Source: Chiloscyllium plagiosum
Lineage: Eukaryota
Assembly (NCBI RefSeq): GCF_004010195.1
Contig: NC_057732.1
Span: 31,408,048-31,472,047 of the forward strand
Direction: 5' to 3'
DNA length: 64,000 bases
Of the stretch, positions 37,926 to 49,814 are shown one piece after another. Position 1 is the stretch's first letter. Every line of letters starts with the position of its first letter. The position numbers and the translations under genes were made by a program. The notes beneath the pieces were generated by a model that worked only from the letters and a program-made list of their open reading frames with translations, did no database searches and was not told the origin of the DNA.

Positions 37926-40292
37926 CTTCAAACTCCATGTCCTTTCCATCGGCAATACTGCTTATTGCCACAGCTTGTTTCAAGTATTACTGTCACCACC
38001 TATACATGTCTCACAGCTCTTGAGTTGAGTGATTCCTAACTAGTTTTCAATTCTCTAATTTACATTAAGAACAACTTGTCAAAATATCACCCATTCACAT
38101 TCTTTTTCGCACTAAATCCCAATCACCTATCACACTGTGTTTGTTGATCTATGTTTGACCTTGCTCTTCCAATATATTGAATGTTAATTCCTGGTACTCA
38201 TTTTCAGATTCATCCAAGATCTTGCTTCACCCTACCTTTGCCTCATCGCCTCTCCTATAATTGTCAGTTTTCTGACTGGCATCCTGTGGCTTCTTCTGTC
38301 ACATTTCTCTGAAATTGATCGCAAGTCCTTCAGTTATCTTTTTTTTTTCTCCATGTTTCTGGTAAAATCATCTCAAAACCAATCTTTTTAACCAAAGTTT
38401 CAGCAATCTCTCTATGGTTCAACATTGAATTTTGTATAACTTTGAAAAGCATCGTAAAACATTAAATGAAATATAAATGAGTGTTCTCGTCAATAGAAAA
38501 GAGAACATGTTAAAGAAATATGTGTACATGTGGGTGTAAAATATTTGTACTGGTTGTTAATGAGTATAATTAAGGTCAACAGGCACTGGCAACATGCCAG
38601 ATGTTGAAATCCATCCAAAGGCATGTCTCAGGCCTCACAGTTGGGGTGCAGGGTGCCTCCAACTCTGAATCTTTGTCCATAAAAGGGTGTAAATTAATTT
38701 TACTCCCTCATTTTTTAAGGAGTTGGATGGAAATAATAATAAGATATCTATTTTTTATTCATTTTTTAAGAATTTCAGGTATATGATTAAATAGACTTTT
38801 CAATGAAGAATTAATCTAAAAGAAATTTAGCAGGAATTAACTTCAGAAGACACCTTGTCATCCTAATGAATCATTTCATAACTTTAATGGTATTCTCATT
38901 ATAGCAGATAATAGAAATTTCCATTTAACTGTGCTATGCTAATAAGTATTCAAATTGGTTATTTTAGCTTTAATTATATCTTTACTGATTGCACTGAATA
39001 TCTTGATCTTGGGAATGGTCGTCCACTGTTAACATATTAATTTGCATATTTACTCAGCAATTTAATGTTAAGGACAGAGACAATGAAAGAATTAAAATAA
39101 CTGTATTGTGCTATGCTGTCTTTGAAAGATATATTAGAAAGCTGAACTTGTTTAAGCTATTCTCATTATAATGCATTTACCATAAGCAGTGAGGCCTGTT
39201 ACAAGCTCTGTAAAACTGTACAATACAATTATATCTATAATAAAGCAAGCACATGCAGATAATGGTGTGATCTATTCTATTTATATATGTCATTCAAGAG
39301 CACTTACCTAAATTCCTCCCTCAACCATACCATCAAAATAAATTAACTTGTTTTGTTGTTTCTGGGTTTATGAGATGCAGAACAGAACCATGGTAAGTCT
39401 TCATACTGACAAGTAATTAATGATGTTAAAGTGCAGTACAATAGAAACACAAGTAAGGAGATCTGAGAAGGGGTAGGGTGATGTAGGGATGATGGATGAG
39501 GTAAATTGGTGGCTTGTCAATGATTAGCACCACTGAAGTAGAAAAGTCACAAAAAAGCCAAGGTTACAAAGGTAGTTACATTGAAAATTTCAGTAATTTT
39601 TTCTCATCTGCAATAACTTAGTACAGTGCCTCCAGCTGCACTCCTCCAACCACCACTCCACCACCTTACCTCCCCAACCCCATTAGATAATATGGGACCA
39701 TTTGGTCCTATAACCAATGCTATTAACCCTCAGTAATAAACTGGGCATGGCAGAGGAGAAAATAAAATTGTCTCCCTCCCTTCCTTTTGCATTGGTGAAA
39801 ATCTGGGATGGCAGAGGGACTTGCAAATATTTTTTCTGAATTGCTCTTGGTCCACTGCTTCTGATTTTATTTGGTGGAGTCTGCAGAGTTATGTAACTTG
39901 ACTTTAATTCTTACCATTGCAGCTTCTGTTTTTAAAACCTTTTTTTGTAGAGAAAGTTGACTTTCCCTGGAACTGGAAATTTCTGAAACAGCTGAATTCA
40001 TACACTTACATAATTCTCTCCCCCCAACCACAATTTCATTCTGGCTTCACTAACCATTTTCCCAGCTTATCCCAGTCATTCCATTCCCCATTTCCTGAAT
40101 CTCCTTAACACTCCTGACTTCCCTTTATCTGCAAGTCACAAGTCAGAAGGTGATGCTGATTTTCTATCACCAGTATTAAAAATCAAATTAACACCCAAGG
40201 GGTTCAGAGCAAGATAGACTCAGGCAAAATTATCCTCCATATATAAATTAGCATATAAACATTAGTTAGTATAAATATAGACGAGAACTTAC

Positions 40293-40436
40293 TTCATCCA
40301 GGCACTGAAAAGCAGGACTTGTAGTCACATCTGCAGGTTCCTCTTCTTGAAGGATTACTGCTGGGGCTACAGCTGTGATGGTTTCTTCTTCATCTTCATC
40401 AATATCATCTTCTGATTTTTTTTCCTCTTCACTCAT
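40293..40436 (-). CDS. CCDC146: CCDC146 first coding exon (48 codons, MSEEEKKSEDD...TSPAFQCLDE); exon begins at 40441
   Basis: Acidic N-terminus and 'AVAPAVILQEEEPADVTTSPAFQCLDE' align to recalled human 'AIVPTINIQDERFVDLSETPAFIFLHE'; acceptor ctccag|GCGATATG, donor GAA|gtaagt, phase 0. Confidence 0.9.
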
Positions 40437-40679
40437 ATCGCCTGGAGTATGAATATAAAAATTATATAAACCATATAAATACAAAGAGGAAGGAGTGGTA
40501 GTAGCAAGAGCAGGGAGGTATCTCTCAGTGGGTACTTCTGTCTTGATAACAGGTTCCATGATCAGGCATTAAGGAAGCTTGCCAACCCTGGCAGGAATTG
40601 CTCTTTGGGATCATTGCAAAGCAAATCCTCCACACAATGATGGAATGAGGCTTTTAAGTGGGCATTAATAACCTACCTG

Positions 40680-40930
40680 ATGGAGGGCTTCAATTGGTGG
40701 CAGGGTAAGAAGACCACTTATGAATCATCTCACTGTGCACATAATCAGGGTAAAGATGGAAAGTATTGTTTTTCAACAGATAGGAATAAGAGGCCACTCT
40801 TTCAAACCAAGAACATGTGGATAGAAATTATCAACAATATGAGAAACAGGAATATCCCTGGAACATGGATATAGTTTCCCAAGAGATAGAATAACGCTGT
40901 GAGAACAGAAAAGGTGAATAAGTGCCAACA
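40680..40930 (+). mobile_element. Harbinger Myb/SANT ORF remnant
   Basis: FSTDRNKRPLFQTKNMWIEII..MR.RNI.GTWI*FPKR*NN resembles LF..DG.RRP...TK.AW.E.A...RTW.QCRKRFND. Confidence 0.55.
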
Positions 40931-43104
40931 ACAACACTCTGACTTCCCCAGCATTCTCCTGTACAGGACCCCACAGGCCAATAAACCTTGCAGCTCCATT
41001 CATTGCTTATTTTTCAGACACATGTTCACTTACCCATCTGATCGGCTAATAATGACGTTCATCAATTATCTTATAATTGGTGCAACTGTTTCCACTCTGC
41101 ACAATTCATTTTTCAGAGTCATGACAGTGTTTTCTCCTTACACAAGAAAATAAGCACAACTTGAGGAAAAGAACACAGAGCCATGAATGGATCTTCATTG
41201 ACAGCCACCTTGATAGTCCCTGTAATGCATACTACTAGGTTCACTATTGCCTATCCTGAATTATCCAACAGCACCATGGAGATATCCCTCCCCTCCTTCA
41301 AATGCACCCTGGATAAATCAGAAGTAGGTGGGATTATGCCATGTTTCTGATCTGATGTAACATTTTTGAGCTTTAAATTGACCCTGCCTGCACCTGAATT
41401 TGCTCCCAACTTAGAGAATTCTCAGAGAAGCTGGCACAGAAAGCAAATTTAAGAAGTTTTCCTCAACTCCATTTTTTGCCAAATAGCAGGAAGGGTTAAA
41501 ACTTAAACAATAAAGCACTGAAACAAATAAAAGAAAACCTCATCAACTCCTACTTTTTGTAAAAATTAATGTGTCTGAAGAGATTAATATTCCTGATATG
41601 AATGTGGACACTTTGTGGATGGAAACAAGGAGGTCTACTCAGGCCTCCCTAGTGAGGCTTGGTAAGTCAATGCCAGTGTCCTAGGCAGGCTTATGGGCCC
41701 TCTCTCTGAGCCTGATGGTGTGTTCATTGGCCCCATTGCTCTCAGAAATAATGGTCCAGTAGGACTGTTGTGATTTTACTTTATCACACTGTTATCACAC
41801 TGAGAACATACTGCCACCTGGTGGGATTCTACAGTAGTATGGAATTGTTATAGTAATACAGATTGTATGGAGATAAATTGCATCAGTAGAGATTGGATTC
41901 CCATCCTTGATGTTACAATGACAAAGACATATATAATGAAGCTAAGGTAAATATGTGGCAATGAACTGGGATTCTTGCATGGAAATAAGGTTTAAAGGCA
42001 GATCTGCTAACAAGAAGGAGAATAAATATCAACTAAAAACGTAGTGAGATGATTAGTTTTAGGGAGTCATTTCCACAATTTTTAACGATGTTAAGATGAA
42101 AGCATGGGGATTGCACAGGTATGGGAAATGACGACTAGCAATTCTGTCATATCAGTATACCCGTATTGCTAGGTCGAAATCCTAGTGTTGAATAGCATTG
42201 TGGCTCTGCCTACATCACGTGGACTGCAGCAGTTCAAAAGGCAGCTCACCACCACCTTCTCAAAGGCAGTTAAGTTTCAGCAATAACTGCTGGCCCAGCC
42301 AGCTGCACCAACAAATGAATGAAAAAAAAGTGATGTTCAGGAGTCGGATAGGGAAGGCAGATAGCCTGAAGGCTTGATGGTGGATTAAGGTTCGGGATTC
42401 AGGAGTAATAGAAGTGATCTTACAATCTGCAAGTATTGGGAATCAAAGTATCTGATTCTTGCATCTTGGAGAAGCAGCTAGGACTAGGAACACTGGTAAC
42501 TTTGAGAAACATATTGAAAGATTCAAGAGGATGGCGACTGATAGGTTAAAGTGAATTGTGGGCAGCATTTGACAATAGATGAACCCAAGATTTTACATTT
42601 GTTAAGGAAAAGAAGGTTTTGACAGTATTGACAACAAGATTGGATTATATTTGCTGAGCAATAATTGGTCAGTATTATCAGAAGTAAAAACTTGGAAGCG
42701 CAGATTGGAACTGAATAAGATTGAACATGACTGGATTTAGATCTTAAGATAGTTTCTCTTTAAATTATCAGCTCTTAAACCTTTTCATTCTGGTCCTCCA
42801 GTGATCTGAGAAACACTTCACACAGTTTGGAACTACGGACCAGTTTCAGATATTTATTATACTTTTACTCTATTTTCTCTGACTTAGCAAAAATTGAATC
42901 ATAGTATTTTTTTAACAACAAGGTATTGTGATTCATAAAGCAGCGTAAAGAAAGTGTCACTGAAACACTTACCAAACAGGCCAAATTGCAAATTATTGCG
43001 TAGCATTGTTGGAATTTAAATAGCATTTCAAGTACTGAGAATTGTGAGATTGAGTAATTTTCATCAAAGCACTTCCTGAACATTTTGATTATTAGATAAC
43101 CATT

Positions 43105-43370
43105 TCACTATAAGAACATAAGAATGTAAAAGAATGGAGCAGGAGTAAGCCATTTGACCTCTTAAGGCTGTTCCATTATTCAACAAGGTCATGGCTGATC
43201 CGCCCCAGGCCACAACTCCTCTTTCATGCCAGCTTTTCATCATCCTCAATTCCCTTTTATTTCTAAAATCTATCTACCTCCTCTTTAAATATTTTCACTG
43301 ATTATCCTCCACAATTCTTGAGAGAATCATAGACATGCATATCCTCCAGGAGAGAAAGTTCCTTCATGTT
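43105..43370 (-). mobile_element. CR1 3' fragment
   Basis: cataagaacataagaa...ggagcaggagtaagccatt. Confidence 0.75.
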
Positions 43371-43892
43371 GTGGCAGTGAAAGTGCAAGTGACCCACATC
43401 TGTGCACCTGACATTGGCCTAATATCGACAAGGATCAGTTGTAAAAGACCACATAGTTTTTACTTTCTTGGACAAGAAAGTCAAATGGAAGTTAGACTAC
43501 ATTAATTGAAAAACAGATAGGTTTTGCAACTTGAAAACAAGTGTTGCACAATGAGCTGTGCCATACAATGTTTCTTTCTGAAACCAAAAAGAAAGGGATG
43601 TTGAGGATTTTTGACTTAAGGTTTTGCCTTGCAAAGTAGTCTGGTTAAGCAAAAGTTCTATGTGCCAAGAGCAGCAGAGAGTGAAAACATATAGCAAGCT
43701 CTCTCCCTCACTTCTCTCTCTTCATGTGGGTAGAAAGTCAGACAGCTTAAAATAAATAAGTCATACAAGAGAAGACCAAGGTATCTGATTAACCATCAAA
43801 TGGAAGGGTAACCATCACTGTATACACAACATCACTATTTTACCATTGCAAAAATCAAAAAGAATGAGAGAGGAAATGACTTCTCAACTAAA

Positions 43893-44027
43893 ATAAATAC
43901 AAAGAACTCTAAAAGCTGGCAATCTGAAACAAAAACAGAGAGTGTTGGAGAAACACAGCAGGTCTGGCATCAGCTACTGAGAGCAAAATAGTTAACTTTT
44001 CAAGTCCAGTAACCCTTCATCAGAAAA
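43893..44027 (-). mobile_element. Penelope pLTR fragment with hammerhead core
   Basis: Minus CUGAUGA-A-GGGUU(ACUG)GACUU-GAAAAGUU-AACU at 43990-44023. Confidence 0.7.
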
Positions 44028-45394
44028 TGTCCAGCCTGCAGACAGCATCCTCTTTCCTTCACGTCTCTTTCTTCATGTAAGGAAAAGACAGAACAACCCA
44101 TAAAACTTAAAAGGAATCAGTTCTACAAGAAATGACCTGAGTACCTGATCAACTATCAAATTGAAGGATGACCATCACTGTACAGGCAACAGTGAGGTAC
44201 AATGCATACAAAAAAAAACGTTAAAGGCAACATCTTATAAGGTCTGACCAATGGCAAAGATTTATGGCCAAAGCGGATGAGAAGTCTAACAAAGCTTAAA
44301 TCAACATCAGGAGCATCTTTTAAGCTTTTTACAAGTGGTGAGATAAGTGTTTCATTTGGCAGTGAAGAGTTTCCAATAAAGGGGGATTACAGCTTGTTAA
44401 ACGCCTTATTAATGGCCTAAATTACCTCATTAATATTCAGCTTCCGATTTTACTCAAACGCGGTGAACAAGATGTATATCAAGAAACCTTGACGTGGATT
44501 GGAATGGGTATCTGATGACTTCAGCTCACTGTTGGCTGTAAGGAGTCTCTATGTTGCTCAGCAGTAAACAACATCTCATGACATGATCGATGAACACTAG
44601 ATTCATGCGCTCCCTCATCAATGGATATTGGCATCTGACATTTGCCAACTCTTCATGACCATCAGTACACCTCATCAATTCACTTGCAGGCCACTTAAAA
44701 AGACAACTATAGGACCACTTCATATAAGCAGTTTTCTTTGACAAAGTGAAGAAATTCTACAACCAATAGATTTGATCTAAGCTGTGCAATCCCACCACCT
44801 CCTACTGTAAATGATGGTTGACTTAACTCCTGAACCATTACAGTCTTGGTCGAAACATGAACAAAACAGCAAAACTCCAGAGGTGCGTTGAGACTGACTG
44901 TCAACATCAACACAACGTTTGACTGATTATGCATGAAGAAACCTTAGCAAACTGGAGTCAATAGGAACTAGGTGGATGAATCTACATTGGTTGAAGTCAT
45001 GCTATAACACAAAAGAAACTGAACAACATGACATCACTGCAAGAGTTGCTCAATGTAGTATTCTCGACTCAGTTGTCTTCAGCTGTTTCTATGACTTTCT
45101 CTTGATCAGAAGATAAGAAGTGGAGATGTTGTTGACAATTGCATAATGTTCAACAACGTTCACAACTCTTCAGCTAATGAATAAGCTCATGTCCATATGC
45201 AGCAAAACCTGAGCAAAATCCTATCTTGGGATGATAAGTGGAAAATTATATTTTCCCCCGGTAATTACCATCTCCAACAAGAGAGAATCCAACCATCTGT
45301 CCATGACATTTAATGACATTTCCATCACTGAAAGCCACAAACAACATCCTAGAGATCAATATTCACTGAAAATTTAAGTAGACTGGCTAAATAA

Positions 45395-45522
45395 CTCCCG
45401 AAGAAGAGTTACACCTGAAACATTGACTTCTCCACCTTCTGATGTTGCCTGGCTTGCTGTGTATTTCCAGCCTCTTGCTTGTCTACCTTGGATTCCAGTA
45501 CCTGCAGCTTTTTTGTCTCTAT
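45395..45522 (+). mobile_element. Penelope pLTR fragment (degenerate hammerhead)
   Basis: ccgaagaagagttacacctgaaacattgacttctcc...ccagtacctgcag. Confidence 0.55.
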
Positions 45523-45604
45523 ATAAGTTCTGTGGCTACAAGAGAAAATCAGAGGCTTAGAACTCTGCATTGAGTAATTCACCTCCTGTCTCCGCAAAGG
45601 AGGT

Positions 45605-46120
45605 GAGTGAGCACAGGATCGGTGTGGGAATTGTGCTGTGTATGCAGGGTGATGTGGTCAGTATACACAGGACAGGGTGAATCAGTGCAGACATGGCAGA
45701 GCTGGGGTGGTCTGTGCACACAGAGCAGGAGGAAGTCTGCACTCAAGGCTGAGAGGTGGTCAGTGCACACATGGCAGGAAGGGGGGGGTCAGTGTAGACT
45801 GGGCTGTGAAGAAAGTAGGTATGGTTAGTATACACAGGGCAGGGTGGATCAGGGCAGGATTGTTGGGGCAAGGGAGGTCAGTGCACATAGGGTAGTGGGG
45901 AGGTCAGTGTATCCAGGGCTGTGTTTGTGTGTGTGTGTGTGTGTGTGTGGGGGGGGGGGGGGGGTAGGTCAGTGTNNNNNNNNNNNNNNNNNNNNNNNNN
46001 NNNNNNNNNNNNNNNNNNNNNNNNNNNNNNNNNGGCCATGAGGGGGGGTTGAGGGTGGTCAGTGCACACAGGGCCTTGAGGAGGGTGAGGATGGTCAGCG
46101 CACACAGGGAGGAAGCACAT
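45605..46120. repeat. G-rich minisatellite (core ggtcagtgcacacaggg, ~30-bp units) with (TG)n/poly-G and an assembly gap at 45976-46033
   Basis: Repeated core visible on both sides of the N-run. Confidence 0.85.
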
Positions 46121-46249
46121 TGGTGATGCTGTAGGTCAGAACATCAGTACTAGAGTTTGCGGATTAAACCTGTAATCAGCGCCTTTCTGGTAGTTTTGTT
46201 TTTTGTTCTGTGCCGTCTCGATTTGAAGCCCTCGCCTTTGAGACGTTAC

Positions 46250-46300
46250 CCGAGGAGCTGCTGACACTCTTCGGTATCCTCTTCCAGTGCGTGGTCAACA
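46250..46300 (-). other. CCDC146: Putative non-coding first exon of CCDC146 (5' end approximate)
   Basis: The first coding exon has an acceptor 5 nt before the ATG, so an upstream UTR exon is required; a donor CGG|gtaacg sits at 46250/46249, just downstream of X-box and CCAAT motifs in a CpG-containing stretch. Confidence 0.45.
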
Positions 46301-46380
46301 AACGTCATCTCCAAGGCAACCACACATACACTTCATTCGCGCTCAACCATTGGGCAGTAAGGGATGCATCTGGACCAATA
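46301..46380 (-). promoter_or_regulatory. CCDC146-side promoter module: RFX X-box (GTTGCCTTGGAGAT, 46320-46307), CRE-like half site, two CCAAT boxes (46349-46353, 46375-46379)
   Basis: Motifs read directly; X-boxes are typical of ciliary gene promoters and CCDC146 is an axonemal protein. Confidence 0.6.
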
Positions 46381-46684
46381 GCAAAGCCACTAAAATAAAC
46401 CAGATCCCCTCATGCACTGCACTGTTAATGCGACTTAATGGTACTTCCTTTATTTATATTGCAGCATTAAGTTTTTCATCAACTATTCTTCAAATTATAA
46501 TAAAGAAATCCGCTGAGCCCAGTTATGAACCCTTCGGCAGATATTTATCGGAAGACTTTTTGTGAAAATTCGCATATTTTGTATACATTTCCTTGAATTA
46601 CATCAACAATTGACACCTTAGGTCAGACAATACATTTTAGGTGTGAGGCCATGTTTCAACTCCGTTTGTATTTGTCAGACTGTT

Positions 46685-47052
46685 TTTAATTTCCAAAGTA
46701 GGAATTTATAAGATACCTCTTTGACAGCTGTCTCCAGATTGTGTGCTTTTTGAACAAAATAGAATGTATCTGCAAATTCAAATTTACAAATGGAATTTCA
46801 CCGCATAGATTCGTATGTGAGAGAGAGTGTGAGGGAGTATATGCATGTGAGAAGGTGTGACTGTGTGTGTACTGTATGGCGTAGTGATCGTATGCTATAA
46901 ATCCTGTGTCTTGTGATCCTGTCCCAGTAGCTACCTTGACGAAGGAGCAGCGCTTCCAGTTAGTGCTTCCAAATAATCCTTTTGGAGTATAACCTGGTGT
47001 CGTGTGATTTTTAACTTTTCCACCCCAGTCCAACACCGGCACCTCCACATCA
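46685..47052 (+). mobile_element. Penelope-like 3'/pLTR fragment inside the CCDC146-FAM185A promoter interval
   Basis: tgacgaaggagcagcgcttcc..tagtgcttccaaataa...ccccagtccaacaccggcacctccacatc; degenerate hammerhead. Confidence 0.65.
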
Positions 47053-47121
47053 GTTTTATTGTACGGATGTTCACAACAGACATTGCTCTGTGCAATGCTT
47101 GGCCTGCTTAGCCGTTTGTAC

Positions 47122-47194
47122 TGCATTGTGGGAATTGTAGTCCGCAACCGTCCTGTTAAAGAGCGCGTGCGCGGACTTCAACTCCCGACAGCAC
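47122..47194. promoter_or_regulatory. FAM185A-side promoter module: ZNF143/THAP11 motif ACTACAATTCCCACAATGCA (minus, 47141-47122), NRF1 site GCGCGTGCGC (47163-47172), second degenerate SBS (47175-47194)
   Basis: Near-consensus motifs at the start of a CpG-rich island 90-160 nt upstream of the ATG. Confidence 0.75.
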
Positions 47195-47282
47195 TTTGTC
47201 CGCTACACACAAAAACAACAACAACAGGGTTTGCTCTGAGCTGTCGATGATCCGGTGCTCTGTCCCTCGTACCGGCTCCAGC

Positions 47283-47682
47283 ATGGCTTCCTTGCCTCTG
47301 TTTTTCCGCCGAGCCTGGCCAGCGCTTTTGCTGAGGGAGGGCGGCCCGTGTTTTGTCCGTCTGCGGCCTTGGAGGTCGGTGTCGGGCACCCGCCGCCTGG
47401 ACTCACGGCACAAGGGCAGCGTCTTGAAACGCTGGACTCTGCTGGTGGATCCCTTCGGCTCTTTGAAGGTCCGTCTGCCCTGCGATGTGTCGGTGAAACC
47501 GCTGGACCCGCACGGCTACCCGTCGGCTGACCGCGCTTTCGTTGAGCTAATTTCTCCAAACCAAGGGGAGAATATGGACGATGTTCTGGTCAAGTATGAC
47601 AAGGCTCTGAAACAGATGGTGGTGACTTCTGAAAACATTAGTAGCGATACTCTCATTGATCTGGTAACTCCGGTAAAGTTTG
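47283..47682 (+). CDS. FAM185A: FAM185A coding exon 1 (alternative in-frame ATG at 47247)
   Basis: LKRWTLLVDPFGSLKVRLPCDVSVKPLDPHGYPSADR...VKYD...PVKF matches human LKEWTLQVSPFGRLRARLPCHLAVRPLDPLTYPDGDR...VKYD...PLKF; strong Kozak agcATGG; donor G|gtgagt. Confidence 0.92.
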
Positions 47683-48244
47683 GTGAGTGCATTTTGTGAA
47701 ACTGAACTCCCTTTTTGTGTTGCAAGTGGGCCAGTCTTTTTTAGCAAAACTTTGTAGTTTAAAGTCCAAATGTTATTGTGATGCAGGGGGCAAAAAGGTA
47801 GTTTTGGCTTCGCGTGTGTGTTTTCTTGACGACTTCTGTAAATCTGCTTCCCCCCCCCCCCCCCCCACATATGTTCAAAAGAATGATATAGTCGTTTTTA
47901 TTGGTGTTTTGAAGTTACCATGGATGTTTTGGAACCAATATAAAAGGGTTAGTGTAATTAAGTGGAAAATTATTTGCACCCTCACTATATCCCAAGGGGA
48001 TTCCAAGTTAATTAGTTACTGTTTATGCAGAAAAGATGTAACATGCACACATTGAGGTTCTAGAACTAACAATGAAAACATGCTCTTATTCAAGAGAGGA
48101 CATAGGTTTTAGCATTAGACTCATTTGTGAAAATCACTTTACTCACTGTGTTTTGCTTCAGAGTTTCAGCATTTTTTTAGGAGTTTATTTGTGCGCTTGA
48201 GCTGCTAGGGTCAGCCTTGAACATCTGATCTGACAGATCACCTA

Positions 48245-48970
48245 CGAAATAGGAACAATTTAGCTCATCAGGAATACTCCACTATTCGATTGAATTATGG
48301 CAATTTGACAATCCTCACGTCTACTTTTCCCTTTTCCCCATAACCCTTGATTCCCTTCCAGATCAAGAATCTATCTTAGCTTTAAATATACACAAGGATT
48401 CTGCCCACAGCTCTCAGTGGTGAGCCCCAGCTGATACATTAGTCGCATCTTTGAGGAGGAGGGAAAAAGTATTTTGTCTGCTTTGTGTGTTGTTTTTAGG
48501 TATGTGTTTATTCATGTTCTTTAGTTAGAAGTTTGTGAAATAAGATAGTAGCTTACATGGTCCTTTTGAACCATTGCTGCCATTTATGGTTTATGTCTTC
48601 ATCCCAATTTCCTCCCTGTTCCCATAATGCTTAAATTTTTGATGCATTAAAGAGTTATCTAACTCGTCTTTGAATGCATTCAATGAACTTTCCTCCACTG
48701 CTCCCTTTGGAAAAGAAGTCAAAAGACTTATGACTCATTTAAGAGAAGAGATTCCTTCTCATCAATCTTGAATGAGAGTCCCTTCCTTTTGAAATTGCCC
48801 TCACTTCTAGACATATTCCCCTGAAAGGGAACATCTTCCCGGCATCTCTCTGACAAGCTTCCTTTTACTTCAATAAAACCGCTTTTCATTTTCCTCAGCT
48901 ATAATGACTCAATCTTTCTATGTAAAACAACCCTTTCAATTCAAGAATCAGTCTAGTGAACTTTCTCGGA
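48245..48970 (-). mobile_element. Two old CR1 3' fragments
   Basis: Reverse-complement CR1 3' similarity. Confidence 0.55.
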
Positions 48971-49270
48971 ACTAATCTTTTGATGGTAAGATAATGACAG
49001 TGAAGTTGTACGTTGACTTCCAAGTTATCATCTTTCCCAATTCTTTGTCACCTCAAGCTCTTCTGGGCCCAGGTGGGAGGTTTTCTTTTCTCTACTAGTA
49101 CTGCAGGGAAGCTTATTCAACTAAACATTCCCTTTTCCCATTTATTCCTATTTCTTGTAAAATGCACTGTAATTGCATAATATATTGTATTTAGTAATGT
49201 AAACAGCTGACTTTGTGTGTTGTGACTTATTTTCTTTTTTAAAAATAATTTTAAAACTTTCTGTTTGCAG

Positions 49271-49380
49271 ACTTGGACATTAGCACCTTTCATAAAGGAT
49301 GTGTCAAAATAAAAAAAATGGAGAGTGATAACTGCTATATAGAGACTGAAAAAGGACACAGTATTCTGAACTCGTTAAAG
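49271..49380 (+). CDS. FAM185A: FAM185A coding exon 2 (110 nt, DLDISTFHKGCVKIKKMESDNCYIETEKGHSILNSLK)
   Basis: Matches human LDIKSSGSGCVKVQSIEGDNCKIETEHGTSILQSVK; ctgtttgcag| and AAG|gtatga; phase 1 to 0. Confidence 0.93.
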
Positions 49381-49527
49381 GTATGATTTTTTTTCTCAGA
49401 ACTGTTTGAATGTTTTTCAATTTGGTGTTTTAGTTTAGTCTCTAAATAATGGCAACATCCACAAAATTACTAGACTTGTCAACATTATGGAATTGTATTA
49501 GTGGTGACAAGATTAATAAAATTCCAT

Positions 49528-49807
49528 GGGCAGCATGGTGGCACAGTGCTTAGCACTGCTACCTCATCACACCAGAGACCCAGGTTCAATTCCCACCTCA
49601 GGCAACTGCCTGTGTGGAGTTTGCACATTTCCCCCCATGTCTGCCTGGGTTTCCTCCCACAGTCCAAAAAATGTGCAGGTGAGGAGATGCTGGCCATGCT
49701 AAATTGATTCTCGTGTTAGGTGTAGGGGAATGGGTCTGGGTGGATTGTCTTCGGAGGGTCTTGTTGGGCCGAAAGGCCTGTTTCCACACTGTAAGTAATC
49801 TAATCTA
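49528..49807 (+). mobile_element. HE1 SINE, near full length
   Basis: gggcagcatggtggcacagtgcttagc...ggttcaattccc head; aatctaatct tail. Confidence 0.9.
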
Positions 49808-49814
49808 AAAAAAA

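Noticed and set aside
40437-40559. N-terminal extension of the 97-aa ORF (MEPVIKTE...)
   Set aside because: Lies upstream of a splice acceptor; similarity to CCDC146 starts at the ATG at 40436
45557-46120. Several overlapping short ORFs
   Set aside because: Artefacts of the minisatellite and the N-gap
47156-47870. Antisense and alternative-frame ORFs over FAM185A exon 1
   Set aside because: Expected shadow ORFs in GC-rich coding sequence
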